From IMG/VR virus record IMGVR_UViG_3300028364_000013: a stretch of DNA of 64,000 bases; one strand, written 5' to 3'. The DNA is from a virus. Its lineage: Duplodnaviria > Caudoviricetes. Numbering within the stretch: the stretch's first letter is position 1; every line of letters begins with the position of its first letter. Positions 50,645 to 58,780 of this stretch are shown here, in pieces. Position numbers and translations under genes: made by a program. Below the pieces are notes generated by a model that was not told the origin of the DNA, searched no databases, and saw only the letters and a list, made by a program, of their open reading frames with translations.

Positions 50645-51712
50645 TTAATGTTGTGTAAGTAAGATGCTCTTAACATCACCTCTAAATGCTGCGTCATCTC
50701 CATCATTAGGAGTTACTATAACATTCCACTTAGCAGGACCATCTTTTGGAGTAGACATAAGGTCATCATAAGTTATGACATCCTTTGGGTCAAGTTTAAA
50801 AAACTCTGCAACTCTTGCTTTAAGTTTCTTCTCATCATCAACTCTCATTAAATCTAAATCCTTAAAAAGAGCCTTTGGAACTACAAGCGCAGACTTGTGA
50901 CCTGCTCCCATTTGAGAAGACTGTCTCTTATTTGCTCCAGACGAAAATGTAGTATCAAGGTTAGAATCATTTGCAACACCAGCAACTTTTGTATAAGCGT
51001 AGCTATCTACATTATAACCTTCCGCCTTTAGCCTTGACATAACATTTTCAGCTATGTCTGTATATTTTTTTGCAAAGAAATCTCCAGAATCATTCCATCT
51101 TAGAATAACTCTTGACTTATAGCCTTCAAGCGCTTTGTACTCTTTAGCTTTAGCTTTAAGCTCGTTGTACATTTGCATTTCATATTCTTCTGGGTGATTA
51201 AGAAGAAAGTTTAACCTTCTGGTCATTGAATCGTGAGATGCTGGATATTGAATATATCTGCCTTTTAAAGCGTAGCATATTACAGCACAACTTCCTGCCC
51301 CTGGGCAAGTGTTGATGTAATGGAACTTGCCTGTACTTTCATCATAAGCAATTCCTCTAAAAGCTGGGATACCAGTTTTATAAACATATTCATGAGGTCC
51401 ACCAGACTTTAAAATCTTCTCATTTGTATTAATTACATTAAGTGGTGGCTGCGTCATCTTTGCGATAAAGTGGTCGATGTCAACGACATCTTGCTTTGAA
51501 TCGAAGAATGAAGACTTAGCGTGAACAAATGGTTTGTCTGCTTTAAATTTCTCTCTATCCTTTGTTTTAAGAGGAGCATTGGCTCTAACTCTATTGAGAT
51601 AGTCAACAACATCTTTAGGTGCAATGCAGCTTTGCTTAACGTCACCAAAAGTGTCTTCCCAGTCAATTTCGTTTAATACCTCGCTAATGATTTTTCTTAT
51701 ATCTTTACCCAT
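50645..51712 (-). CDS. Gp88-like protein
   Basis: IRKIISEVLNE; CPGAGSCAVICYA, LRWNDSGDF, YAYTK. Confidence 0.65.
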   Translation of the reverse strand: MGKDIRKIISEVLNEIDWEDTFGDVKQSCIAPKDVVDYLNRVRANAPLKTKDREKFKADKPFVHAKSSFFDSKQDVVDIDHFIAKMTQPPLNVINTNEKILKSGGPHEYVYKTGIPAFRGIAYDESTGKFHYINTCPGAGSCAVICYALKGRYIQYPASHDSMTRRLNFLLNHPEEYEMQMYNELKAKAKEYKALEGYKSRVILRWNDSGDFFAKKYTDIAENVMSRLKAEGYNVDSYAYTKVAGVANDSNLDTTFSSGANKRQSSQMGAGHKSALVVPKALFKDLDLMRVDDEKKLKARVAEFFKLDPKDVITYDDLMSTPKDGPAKWNVIVTPNDGDDAAFRGDVKSILLTQH

Positions 51713-51791
51713 GACTATAAATAGCCATAAAAAATATGATTTTTAACCTATAAACAACAAAAAAGGCGAGAATTTCTTCCCACCTTATTAT

Positions 51792-53219
51792 TTAGTATTT
51801 CCTTTTTGAAGGGTCGTCATCAGCCATCCTAACCACTTGTGGTGTGAATGTACCAAGAATATCAATCAAGTTGTTTTGCGCTTCCATTACTTTCGTAATA
51901 TCTTTATAAGCATATGGAGCCTCATCGAGACCGCCACCAACAAGTGTTACCTTGTTATCTTTAAGAAGCTTAGTAACTGAGCTTTGAGTAAACGAGTTTC
52001 TCGCCACCTTTCTTGACATAGCTCTACCAGCACCGTGAGAAGCTGAAGATATTGAGTCAACAACACCTCTTCCTCTAACAATGAACCCTGGAGAAACCAT
52101 AGAACCTGGGATTATACCAAGGACACCTTTTCCAGCAGGAGTTGCTCCCTTACGGTGAACAATAACCTCTTTACCATCAATGATTTCCTTCCAAGCAAAG
52201 TTGTGGTGATTTTCAATCTTAGCCACTGGGTTTAACTTTAGCTCTTTGGTAATTCTTCTGTGAATCTCGTTGTGACAAGCTTGCGCATAATCACCAGCCA
52301 TATTCATAGCTATCCAGTATTCCACACCAGCTTCCGAATTCATATCAAGCCACGCAAGGTGTTGAGCTGCCTTTGGAAGAGGTGTTGTGTTCATAGCAAT
52401 TTCATGATACTTGTTGGCAAGTGTAGCACCGAACCCTCTTGAACCAGAGTGAGTTAATACACCAACATATTCTCCAACCTCAAGACCGAAGTCGTTAGTT
52501 GGGTCAGTTATCTTAACTATACCAAAGTCCACAAAGTGATTTCCACCTCCTGAAGTTCCAAGTTGTTTCCAAGCTTTGTCCTTAAGAGCTTTTATGTTTG
52601 GTATTTCATTGAACTCTTTCCTATCAAGGAATTCGTGTTCAGTTAATTTACCATCATTCTCAACTCCCATTCCGAAGAATGACTCAGACTTAAGAATGTT
52701 TTCAATCTTATCTCTATTTCCATCAATGTATGAACCACCTTTATCGTAGATGGTCATGTGCATTCTACAACCTATGTCAACACCAACTGCATATGGAATA
52801 ATAGCATTATCTGTAGCAAGGACACCTCCAATTGGAAGTCCATAACCTTGGTGAGCATCTGGCATAAGAGCTGCAGCAACAGAGATTGGCAATCTTGCAG
52901 CAAGTTTTATTTGCTCGTGAGCGCCTTCTTCTATGTTGTCTCCACCATATACAGTATATGGCACACCAACTTCTTTAAGTGGGATTTCAATCACTTCCTC
53001 TTCTACAGCTGGAATCAATAATTCAGCGATTGGCCCAAGAACAATGTCTTCAACATAATCTTCTGGAGTCAAAAGTACAGCCTTTAAAATATCACGTACA
53101 GTATCAAGGTCACTGTGCTTGTAAGCTTTTGTTACAATCTTCAATGTTACACCCATAACTTTACCTGGCTCCATTCCGAACGCCATAAGGTCTTTGCCTG
53201 TTATCTTTAACTTTACCAT
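51792..53219 (-). CDS. rtcB: RtcB RNA ligase
   Basis: MPDAHQGYG, GVDIGC, GTSGGGNHF, HSGSRG, HHN, VHRKGA, SHGAGR, DEAPYAYK. Confidence 0.95.
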   Translation of the reverse strand: MVKLKITGKDLMAFGMEPGKVMGVTLKIVTKAYKHSDLDTVRDILKAVLLTPEDYVEDIVLGPIAELLIPAVEEEVIEIPLKEVGVPYTVYGGDNIEEGAHEQIKLAARLPISVAAALMPDAHQGYGLPIGGVLATDNAIIPYAVGVDIGCRMHMTIYDKGGSYIDGNRDKIENILKSESFFGMGVENDGKLTEHEFLDRKEFNEIPNIKALKDKAWKQLGTSGGGNHFVDFGIVKITDPTNDFGLEVGEYVGVLTHSGSRGFGATLANKYHEIAMNTTPLPKAAQHLAWLDMNSEAGVEYWIAMNMAGDYAQACHNEIHRRITKELKLNPVAKIENHHNFAWKEIIDGKEVIVHRKGATPAGKGVLGIIPGSMVSPGFIVRGRGVVDSISSASHGAGRAMSRKVARNSFTQSSVTKLLKDNKVTLVGGGLDEAPYAYKDITKVMEAQNNLIDILGTFTPQVVRMADDDPSKRKY

Positions 53220-53222
53220 ACT

Positions 53223-54170
53223 TTAATTTTTTTTCAAATCCTCTACTTTAATAGGGAAAATATTTTTATTTTCACAAGCCTCATTAAACAGAGGCTCATA
53301 CTTATCTTCTATTTCATAATCTAAAAGATAATAAGAATTATTACTAAAATAGTAATCTGATTTTTCTTGCCAATAATTCTGTAGTTTTATATATTGAACT
53401 AACAATTTTCTTAGCCTAATTTGTTTTCTCATTTCTCAAACACATCTTCAAACCAACATTCAAAAGCTGTTTCTCTACCTTTTGTTTCTAATTCTAACTC
53501 ATCATCACTATAAAGTTTTCCCATCTTCAAACGCCCTCTTAAGGTCTACTTGTGAATACTCTATCTTTGTATCCATTGGAATTGTTTCTGGGAAATGCTC
53601 CACAATCTTCTTTACTGCACCAGCGGTTCCTGCAAGACTTCCTGCTCCCATAGAAACTGCAGAGATAATATTACTCTGCACAAGAGGCCTAAGCCTTTCA
53701 AGTGCTTGTTTTTTTGTTTGAACTTTTTCACTTTCCAGCCACTTAATTACTGGTTCTGTGCTATGCATATAAAGGTATAACTCTAATGCTTTCGAATTCA
53801 TAATTTATTTTTTTGGTATTTTACTTAGGTCAATTTTGCCAACCACTTTGAAGTTTGCATTTTCAATATCAAGAGCTCTCTCTCTTCTTTTTCTTATTGC
53901 AATTTCCTCTGGAGTTGGCACATGCTGCTTCACATTAAGCTTGTCTCTGTACTTGTCGGTTATGGTTTTGCCATTTCTACCAATGTGGTACTTGTGACAA
54001 CACTTACACTTGTAAGATACAACCTTGCTAATCCTATGAGCTTGCGCATTTAATTTTTTACAAGCCTCAATAGCCTCGTCAAGAGAGTGAAACTTCTTTT
54101 TATCCTTATATACTTTTGTGCCATCACTTTCTTCTCTGACTAAAGTATTACAAAATTTTTTTTTATTCAT
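53223..54170 (-). CDS. three hypothetical proteins (53223..53432, 53508..53801, 53805..54170)
   Basis: Last has YKCKCCHKYHIG and begins MNKKKFC like the repeat proteins. Confidence 0.6.
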
Positions 54171-54233
54171 AATGTTTTTTGTCTGCGGAAACCAAATCAT
54201 CACCTTATGTGTGACTGGAATTAGCAGAGCTTT

Positions 54234-55262
54234 TTATTTAATCAAAAATTCTTGAAGAGCTTTACTTCCGAACTCTCCTTTGGTTAAATTAATTATTTCT
54301 TTAACTGAATATTTTTCTTTCTTATTTATTTTCTCTCTCTCAACAAAGCCTTTAACACCAAAACCGCAGGCTCCAGTTATAGCTCGATAACAAGAAATTG
54401 CTTGCTCAAAACTTAACTCATCTGTTAGTTTTAAGCCTTTAAAATCATCTTTATTTACATCAGAATTTAACTTGTAAATTAAATCCTCTCTGGCTTCAGA
54501 AAGAGAGTCTCCATGAGCATATTTGCCACCCCCATTTGTAACCAAATAAAAAACCTTCTCTTCACATAACTTCTTAACTCTGAAAACACCGCCTCTCACA
54601 GAAATAATCTCTGTAAATATACCATCTGCCTTTATATATTTATCGCCCCACATAACTGGCCCAACCAATTTCGTGAAATCACAAGTCAAACCTCCCAAGT
54701 GCAAACTTCCTCCAACGGTTGGGTTAAATCCCTCTGGAATCGAAGTCAAACTGTTCAAGTCCAAAGTTCCTCCAACGGTTGGGTTAAATCCCTGTGGAAT
54801 CGAGGTCAAACCGCTCAAGTCCAAATATCCTCCAACGGTTGGGTTAAATCCCTCTGGAATCGAAGTCAACCTGTTCAAGTACAAACCTTCTCCAACAGTT
54901 GGGTTAAATCCCTCTGGAATCGAAGTCAACCTGTTCAAGTACAAACCTTCTCCAACAGTTGGGTTAAATCCCTCTGGAATCGAAGTCAACCTGTTCAAGT
55001 ACAAATATCCTCCAACGGTTGGGTTAAATCCCTCTGGAATCGAGGTCAACCTGTTCAAGTACAAACTTCCTCCAACGGTTGGGTTAAATCCCTCTGGAAT
55101 CGAAGTCAAGCTGTCCAAGTACAAACTTCCTCCAACGGTTGGGTTAAATCCCTCTGGAATCGAAGTCAAGCTGTCCAAGTCCAAAGTTCCATTTATTTTA
55201 ACTTCACCAGTAAACTGCTCTTCAGTTAAATTGTATTCCTTGCAAAATTCTTTTTTATTCAT
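54234..55262 (-). CDS. 20-aa LRR-like repeat protein, copy 2
   Basis: 342 aa, 8 repeats, termini nearly identical to copy 1. Confidence 0.85.
   Translation of the reverse strand: MNKKEFCKEYNLTEEQFTGEVKINGTLDLDSLTSIPEGFNPTVGGSLYLDSLTSIPEGFNPTVGGSLYLNRLTSIPEGFNPTVGGYLYLNRLTSIPEGFNPTVGEGLYLNRLTSIPEGFNPTVGEGLYLNRLTSIPEGFNPTVGGYLDLSGLTSIPQGFNPTVGGTLDLNSLTSIPEGFNPTVGGSLHLGGLTCDFTKLVGPVMWGDKYIKADGIFTEIISVRGGVFRVKKLCEEKVFYLVTNGGGKYAHGDSLSEAREDLIYKLNSDVNKDDFKGLKLTDELSFEQAISCYRAITGACGFGVKGFVEREKINKKEKYSVKEIINLTKGEFGSKALQEFLIK
54690..55190. repeat. 60-bp coding tandem repeat x8
   Basis: GGGTTAAATCCCT recurs every 60 nt. Confidence 0.95.
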
Positions 55263-55319
55263 AATGTTTTTTTCTTCAGAAACCCAATCATCACCGCATG
55301 TGTGGTTGGGTTATTGACA

Positions 55320-55345
55320 TTATACGCAGTAAATCAAAAAATGTT
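55320..55345 (-). promoter_or_regulatory. ECF-sigma-type promoter
   Basis: AGAAC-N16-CGTATAA. Confidence 0.75.
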
Positions 55346-55346
55346 C

Positions 55347-55616
55347 TTAATCTTCAGAAGCATTTTTCTGCATCTCTTCCACAAAGTTTCCAAAATGCAA
55401 CACCAAAGCGGGTTCATAACCAAACATTTTAAATGGATGCTCTGAAGCAAGTATCACATCCATCGGAGATTTAGGATACCAACTTTCAGCTTTTTCATCA
55501 CCCACTATTTTTCTCAAATACTTATCAAACTCAGGCCACATTTCATCGAGACCATCATTACTCAACTCAACACCTGGGTATTGAATTCTTACAAAATGTC
55601 TAAAACAATCTTTCAT
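55347..55616 (-). CDS. hypothetical protein
   Basis: 89-aa ORF directly below a promoter. Confidence 0.6.
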   Translation of the reverse strand: MKDCFRHFVRIQYPGVELSNDGLDEMWPEFDKYLRKIVGDEKAESWYPKSPMDVILASEHPFKMFGYEPALVLHFGNFVEEMQKNASED

Positions 55617-55622
55617 TCTACT

Positions 55623-55648
55623 TTATACGTAAAATAATTAAAAATGTT
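55623..55648 (-). promoter_or_regulatory. ECF-sigma-type promoter
   Basis: TGAAAC-N16-CGTATAA, 6 nt above the ATG. Confidence 0.75.
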
Positions 55649-55661
55649 TCAGAGATAGCGG

Positions 55662-56468
55662 TCAGATTGTATAATTTTCATCCCACTCCCTAATTTTCTC
55701 TTTCAATTCTTCTAACGTTATTGAACTATCGTAGTTCTTGACATTATTATCACTATGTTTCATCAACCCGCAGTTTGCTGGGTGAGCTATTATCTCTGGA
55801 GCAACCTTATTAATAAAACCATCTCTTACACTATACGAATGGTCTCTACTGACCCCGTTAATATTATTTCCTTTATTTGATGGGCTGTACCAACCATGTT
55901 GTTCAATCAATGTGAAATTAAATTCTTCTTTAAAATCTCTAACATCAAACTTAAACTCACACGCAGGCCGATAAGCCTCGTAATATTCCATCCTACAATC
56001 GTCACAAATCAACTTATGCTTCTTGGATACTTTAAATTCATCACAATATCTACACTTCTTTTTTCCATTCACTTTTTTGGTTCTTTTTTCTATACTAATT
56101 CCACCTTTCCATCTTGAATTATTTTCTCCACTATTCTTTTTTATTGTTTCATCACTTACTACATGCCCAAAAAGACTTTCTCCTATCTTTTTTTTAGTTT
56201 CATTACTATGAGTACTTCCAAAATTATTAAATGAAGCAGAACAAGAACTTGAACAGAATTTTCTTTTTGATTTAATTAAATCAAAAAAACTTACACCGCA
56301 GTTATTACAACTATATTCTTTATGATTAATGATATTCAACCCTAATCTATAACACCTATTTCTAACACTACTTTTAGTGACCCCTATAACTTGAGCAATA
56401 TCTTCATGTTTTTTACCAATAAGAATTAATTTCCTTAACTCTTCATCCAAATTTTTACTCCATCTCAT
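55662..56468 (-). CDS. putative homing endonuclease (HTH, Zn finger, NUMOD3-like, HNH-like)
   Basis: FCSSSC, HSNETKKKI, NSRWKGG, SRDHSYS...HPANC. Confidence 0.7.
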   Translation of the reverse strand: MRWSKNLDEELRKLILIGKKHEDIAQVIGVTKSSVRNRCYRLGLNIINHKEYSCNNCGVSFFDLIKSKRKFCSSSCSASFNNFGSTHSNETKKKIGESLFGHVVSDETIKKNSGENNSRWKGGISIEKRTKKVNGKKKCRYCDEFKVSKKHKLICDDCRMEYYEAYRPACEFKFDVRDFKEEFNFTLIEQHGWYSPSNKGNNINGVSRDHSYSVRDGFINKVAPEIIAHPANCGLMKHSDNNVKNYDSSITLEELKEKIREWDENYTI

Positions 56469-56523
56469 ATTAATAAATATGATAAAAAAAGCAAAAACAA
56501 GATTTCGAGCCAGTATGATTTTG

Positions 56524-56595
56524 AGACAGCGAAGGGATTCAAACCCTTATAACCACACTTTGCAGGTGCGTACCTTATCAATCGGCCACGCTGTC
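56524..56595 (-). tRNA. tRNA-Cys(GCA)
   Basis: CGCAC-CTGCAAA-GTGTG, U73; D loop TGAT and T loop TTTGAAT. Confidence 0.85.
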
Positions 56596-56608
56596 TTATA
56601 TTTTATTG

Positions 56609-56693
56609 AGGTCAGGGAGGGATTCAAACCCCCGATGGGCTTGCGCCTACAGATTTGCAGTCTGTCGTCTTCAATCACTCGAACCACCCGACC
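56609..56693 (-). tRNA. tRNA-Cys(GCA) with long variable arm
   Basis: ACAGA-CTGCAAA-TCTGT, variable arm GGC-GCAA-GCC, U73. Confidence 0.82.
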
Positions 56694-56712
56694 TTATAAA
56701 GGGGAAAGTCAA

Positions 56713-57384
56713 TTAAGACCTTCCACCTTTACAGATTATATCAGCTGCACAAGTTGCAGCCCAAGAGTTAGGCTTAAACCTTACTCTGTATCCTAATCCC
56801 TCAAGATGCGCTTTTGCAGCAGCATAAACAATGTGGGACCTGTTCTTTGGAATACCTGGAGACTTACCTGCTCTGATAAGTTCTTTTTGCCAAGAAGTCC
56901 AACCAGCATCTGGGTTAATGTCAATATCAATATCAACTAACTTGGTTTGGTTTGACTTGTAACCTTTAGCAACAGCTTCTTCTGGTGTCATCCTCTTGTA
57001 CTTCCCTTCAAGCTCTCTCTCAAAGTATTCTCCAAGTTCGAAAAGCCTTTCGGTTTCATGCCAGATTCTTTGGAAAATAGATGAAGTCAAATTCTTTCTG
57101 TGAAGCTCTTTGTCTTTAACTTTGTTTCCAGTCTTGCTGAATTTAACTTGGTTACCAGAAATAAGCTCTCTATTGAAAATGTAGTGTACACCGTCATTTC
57201 TGTCGTTATCGTAAAACGCTACAACATCTGCATACATAATTTTTCTACCATTTCTTCTTACATCAGAGTCGCATCCAATGTAAACAGTTTCTCCTGGAAA
57301 TTTCTCAATGTGTCCTCTAACGTACTCACCAAGGTCAGCAATTATTTCACCTCCAAATTTCTTAAATACTCTTTCTTCCATCAT
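56713..57384 (-). CDS. RNase H-like protein (DUF458-like)
   Basis: VYIGCDS, IWHET, IDIDIN, KPNSWAATCAAD. Confidence 0.75.
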   Translation of the reverse strand: MMEERVFKKFGGEIIADLGEYVRGHIEKFPGETVYIGCDSDVRRNGRKIMYADVVAFYDNDRNDGVHYIFNRELISGNQVKFSKTGNKVKDKELHRKNLTSSIFQRIWHETERLFELGEYFERELEGKYKRMTPEEAVAKGYKSNQTKLVDIDIDINPDAGWTSWQKELIRAGKSPGIPKNRSHIVYAAAKAHLEGLGYRVRFKPNSWAATCAADIICKGGRS

Positions 57385-57475
57385 TTCTTCTTTTTTTAGT
57401 AGTCCTAAAAAGTTGTCAGTTTTTTCCAGTCTAATTCATCATTATTACTTGTTTTTTGTTTTTAAATTTGCGCAT

Positions 57476-57512
57476 AAAAAAAAGCCCAAACTATTCGAGA
57501 TAGCTTGAGCTT
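57476..57512 (-). terminator. attenuator terminator of the Cys leader
   Basis: AAGCTCAAGCTAT-CTCGA-ATAGTTTGGGCTT, 8-U tract. Confidence 0.85.
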
Positions 57513-57536
57513 AAAATTTCTTTTATTATTATAAAT

Positions 57537-57647
57537 CTACTTCATAACACTCAAACTAACGTTTTTTTTGCAAAACGGACATACCCCTTCCAGGCCGCAA
57601 TCAATCGCTTGCGAAGTTGGTCTCCAATATGTCATGTTAGTTTTCAT
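57537..57647 (-). CDS. Cys-containing leader peptide MKTNMTYWRPTSQAIDCGLEGVCPFCKKNVSLSVMK
   Basis: 36 codons, 3 Cys; terminator 24 nt downstream, then an RNase H-like gene and two tRNA-Cys. Confidence 0.7.
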   Translation of the reverse strand: MKTNMTYWRPTSQAIDCGLEGVCPFCKKNVSLSVMK

Positions 57648-57669
57648 CTGTTTATAAATATATTATTTT

Positions 57670-57945
57670 TTATCCAAGCAGCAATCCGCTCTTTTTTTCT
57701 TGTTTTTTTGCATCTTTCCATTTCCATCCGAGGAAGAATCTGGTACACGCTCTATGAAACCAATTTGGCTTCTTTGTATAGTTGAAGACGATTGAACCTT
57801 CTACTTGGTTGCTTCCTGTTATATCATATCCTCCAACAACTGGTGGTGGAGTGTATATTTTAACATCTGCAACATCAATTGCTTCATCAATTTCTGGCTT
57901 TTTTCTTTCACCAGAATATTCTTGTTCTTCCCAATATATATTCAT
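57670..57945 (-). CDS. hypothetical protein
   Basis: KKPNWFHR...FFLGWKW. Confidence 0.6.
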   Translation of the reverse strand: MNIYWEEQEYSGERKKPEIDEAIDVADVKIYTPPPVVGGYDITGSNQVEGSIVFNYTKKPNWFHRACTRFFLGWKWKDAKKQEKKSGLLLG

Positions 57946-58022
57946 ATTGTAAATATATAAAAATAATATTTAATATCAAATTAATAACCTTTTATTTACG
58001 CAGGGACTTATATTATTAATTG

Positions 58023-58096
58023 TGGGCCCCATCAGACTCGAACTGATAACCTTTTCATTATGAGTGAAATACACTAACCAATTGTGTTAGAGGCCC
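58023..58096 (-). tRNA. tRNA-Ile2(CAU) (or elongator Met)
   Basis: TTTCA-CTCATAA-TGAAA; C4-G69 and C5-G68 (TilS determinants) favour Ile2. Confidence 0.8.
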
Positions 58097-58105
58097 TTAA
58101 ATTTT

Positions 58106-58184
58106 GTCGGGAAGGTGAGATTCGAACTCACATGTAACCAATTACCCTTTCTACAAGATATAAGCTTGAGGGGATACAACCCGA
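58106..58184 (-). ncRNA. rearranged tRNA-like RNA with a UAU anticodon-like loop
   Basis: TCGGG/CCCGA acceptor, canonical T arm, hairpin CAAG-CTTATAT-CTTG, no normal D arm. Confidence 0.65.
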
Positions 58185-58225
58185 TACATATGTCTATTTC
58201 ACTTTCCATTTTATTTATTTTTTTG

Positions 58226-58323
58226 TGGACAATACGAGAATCGAACTCGTATCTCCAGTTTGCGCTATCCTGTGTGGTTGCACTTCATAGCCTTCACCGA
58301 TTTACCAATTAATCTAATTGCCC
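58226..58323 (-). ncRNA. tRNA-Ala-like RNA with an extended anticodon region
   Basis: G3:U70, A73, normal D and T arms, 47 nt instead of about 22 between them. Confidence 0.75.
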
Positions 58324-58328
58324 TTTTG

Positions 58329-58398
58329 TTGGTGTAGAGGGACTCAAACCCCCGACCCCCTGAATTACAGGTGCTCTAATCAACTGAGCTATACACCG
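58329..58398 (-). ncRNA. tRNA-like RNA with a shortened anticodon arm
   Basis: CCTG-TAATT-CAGG (4 bp, 5-nt loop), C1:A72, TGAT/TTTGAG elbow. Confidence 0.7.
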
Positions 58399-58442
58399 AA
58401 CTCTTCAATCGCCTTAAGTCGATTTCCGAGCTACTTAAGTAG

Positions 58443-58525
58443 TAGTGACGGTGGGAATTGAACCCACTTTGTACTTACGTACCCACGTTATCAGCGTGGT
58501 GCCTAAACCATCCAGCCCCGTCACT
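58443..58525 (-). tRNA. tRNA-Ile(GAU) with long variable arm
   Basis: CCACG-CTGATAA-CGTGG, variable arm GTAC-GTAA-GTAC, A73. Confidence 0.82.
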
Positions 58526-58536
58526 ATAAAAACTCT

Positions 58537-58773
58537 TTAGAAGAGTCTTTCTATTTCAATCCAAGTATAGGAATAAACTCCATTTTGAACTGGTATTCTT
58601 TTGCTAATATCCGCTCTTAACACTTTGAACATTGGATACTCTACCAAAAATCTTTCAAGCGCCTCGCTTGGCGTTATCATGTCTCCATCAAAATCAACAA
58701 GCCCGCCAACTACTTCCCACTTGTGTGATTGCCTCCATGTAGTGCAAATACTAAATAAAATATACTCTTCCAT
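58537..58773 (-). CDS. hypothetical protein
   Basis: 78-aa ORF inside the tRNA array. Confidence 0.5.
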   Translation of the reverse strand: MEEYILFSICTTWRQSHKWEVVGGLVDFDGDMITPSEALERFLVEYPMFKVLRADISKRIPVQNGVYSYTWIEIERLF

Positions 58774-58780
58774 TGCTCTA

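Noticed and set aside
41700-55190. 60-bp tandem repeats as CRISPR arrays or DGR repeats
   Set aside because: In-frame coding repeats with no unique spacers, no cas genes, no reverse transcriptase and no adenine-specific variation
41201-55309. Box C/D or K-turn reading of GTGATGA...CTGA
   Set aside because: CTGA is present in only two of three copies at variable spacing, with no closing stem
58226-58323. tmRNA
   Set aside because: Has a paired D stem, is only 98 nt, and has no tag reading frame or pseudoknots
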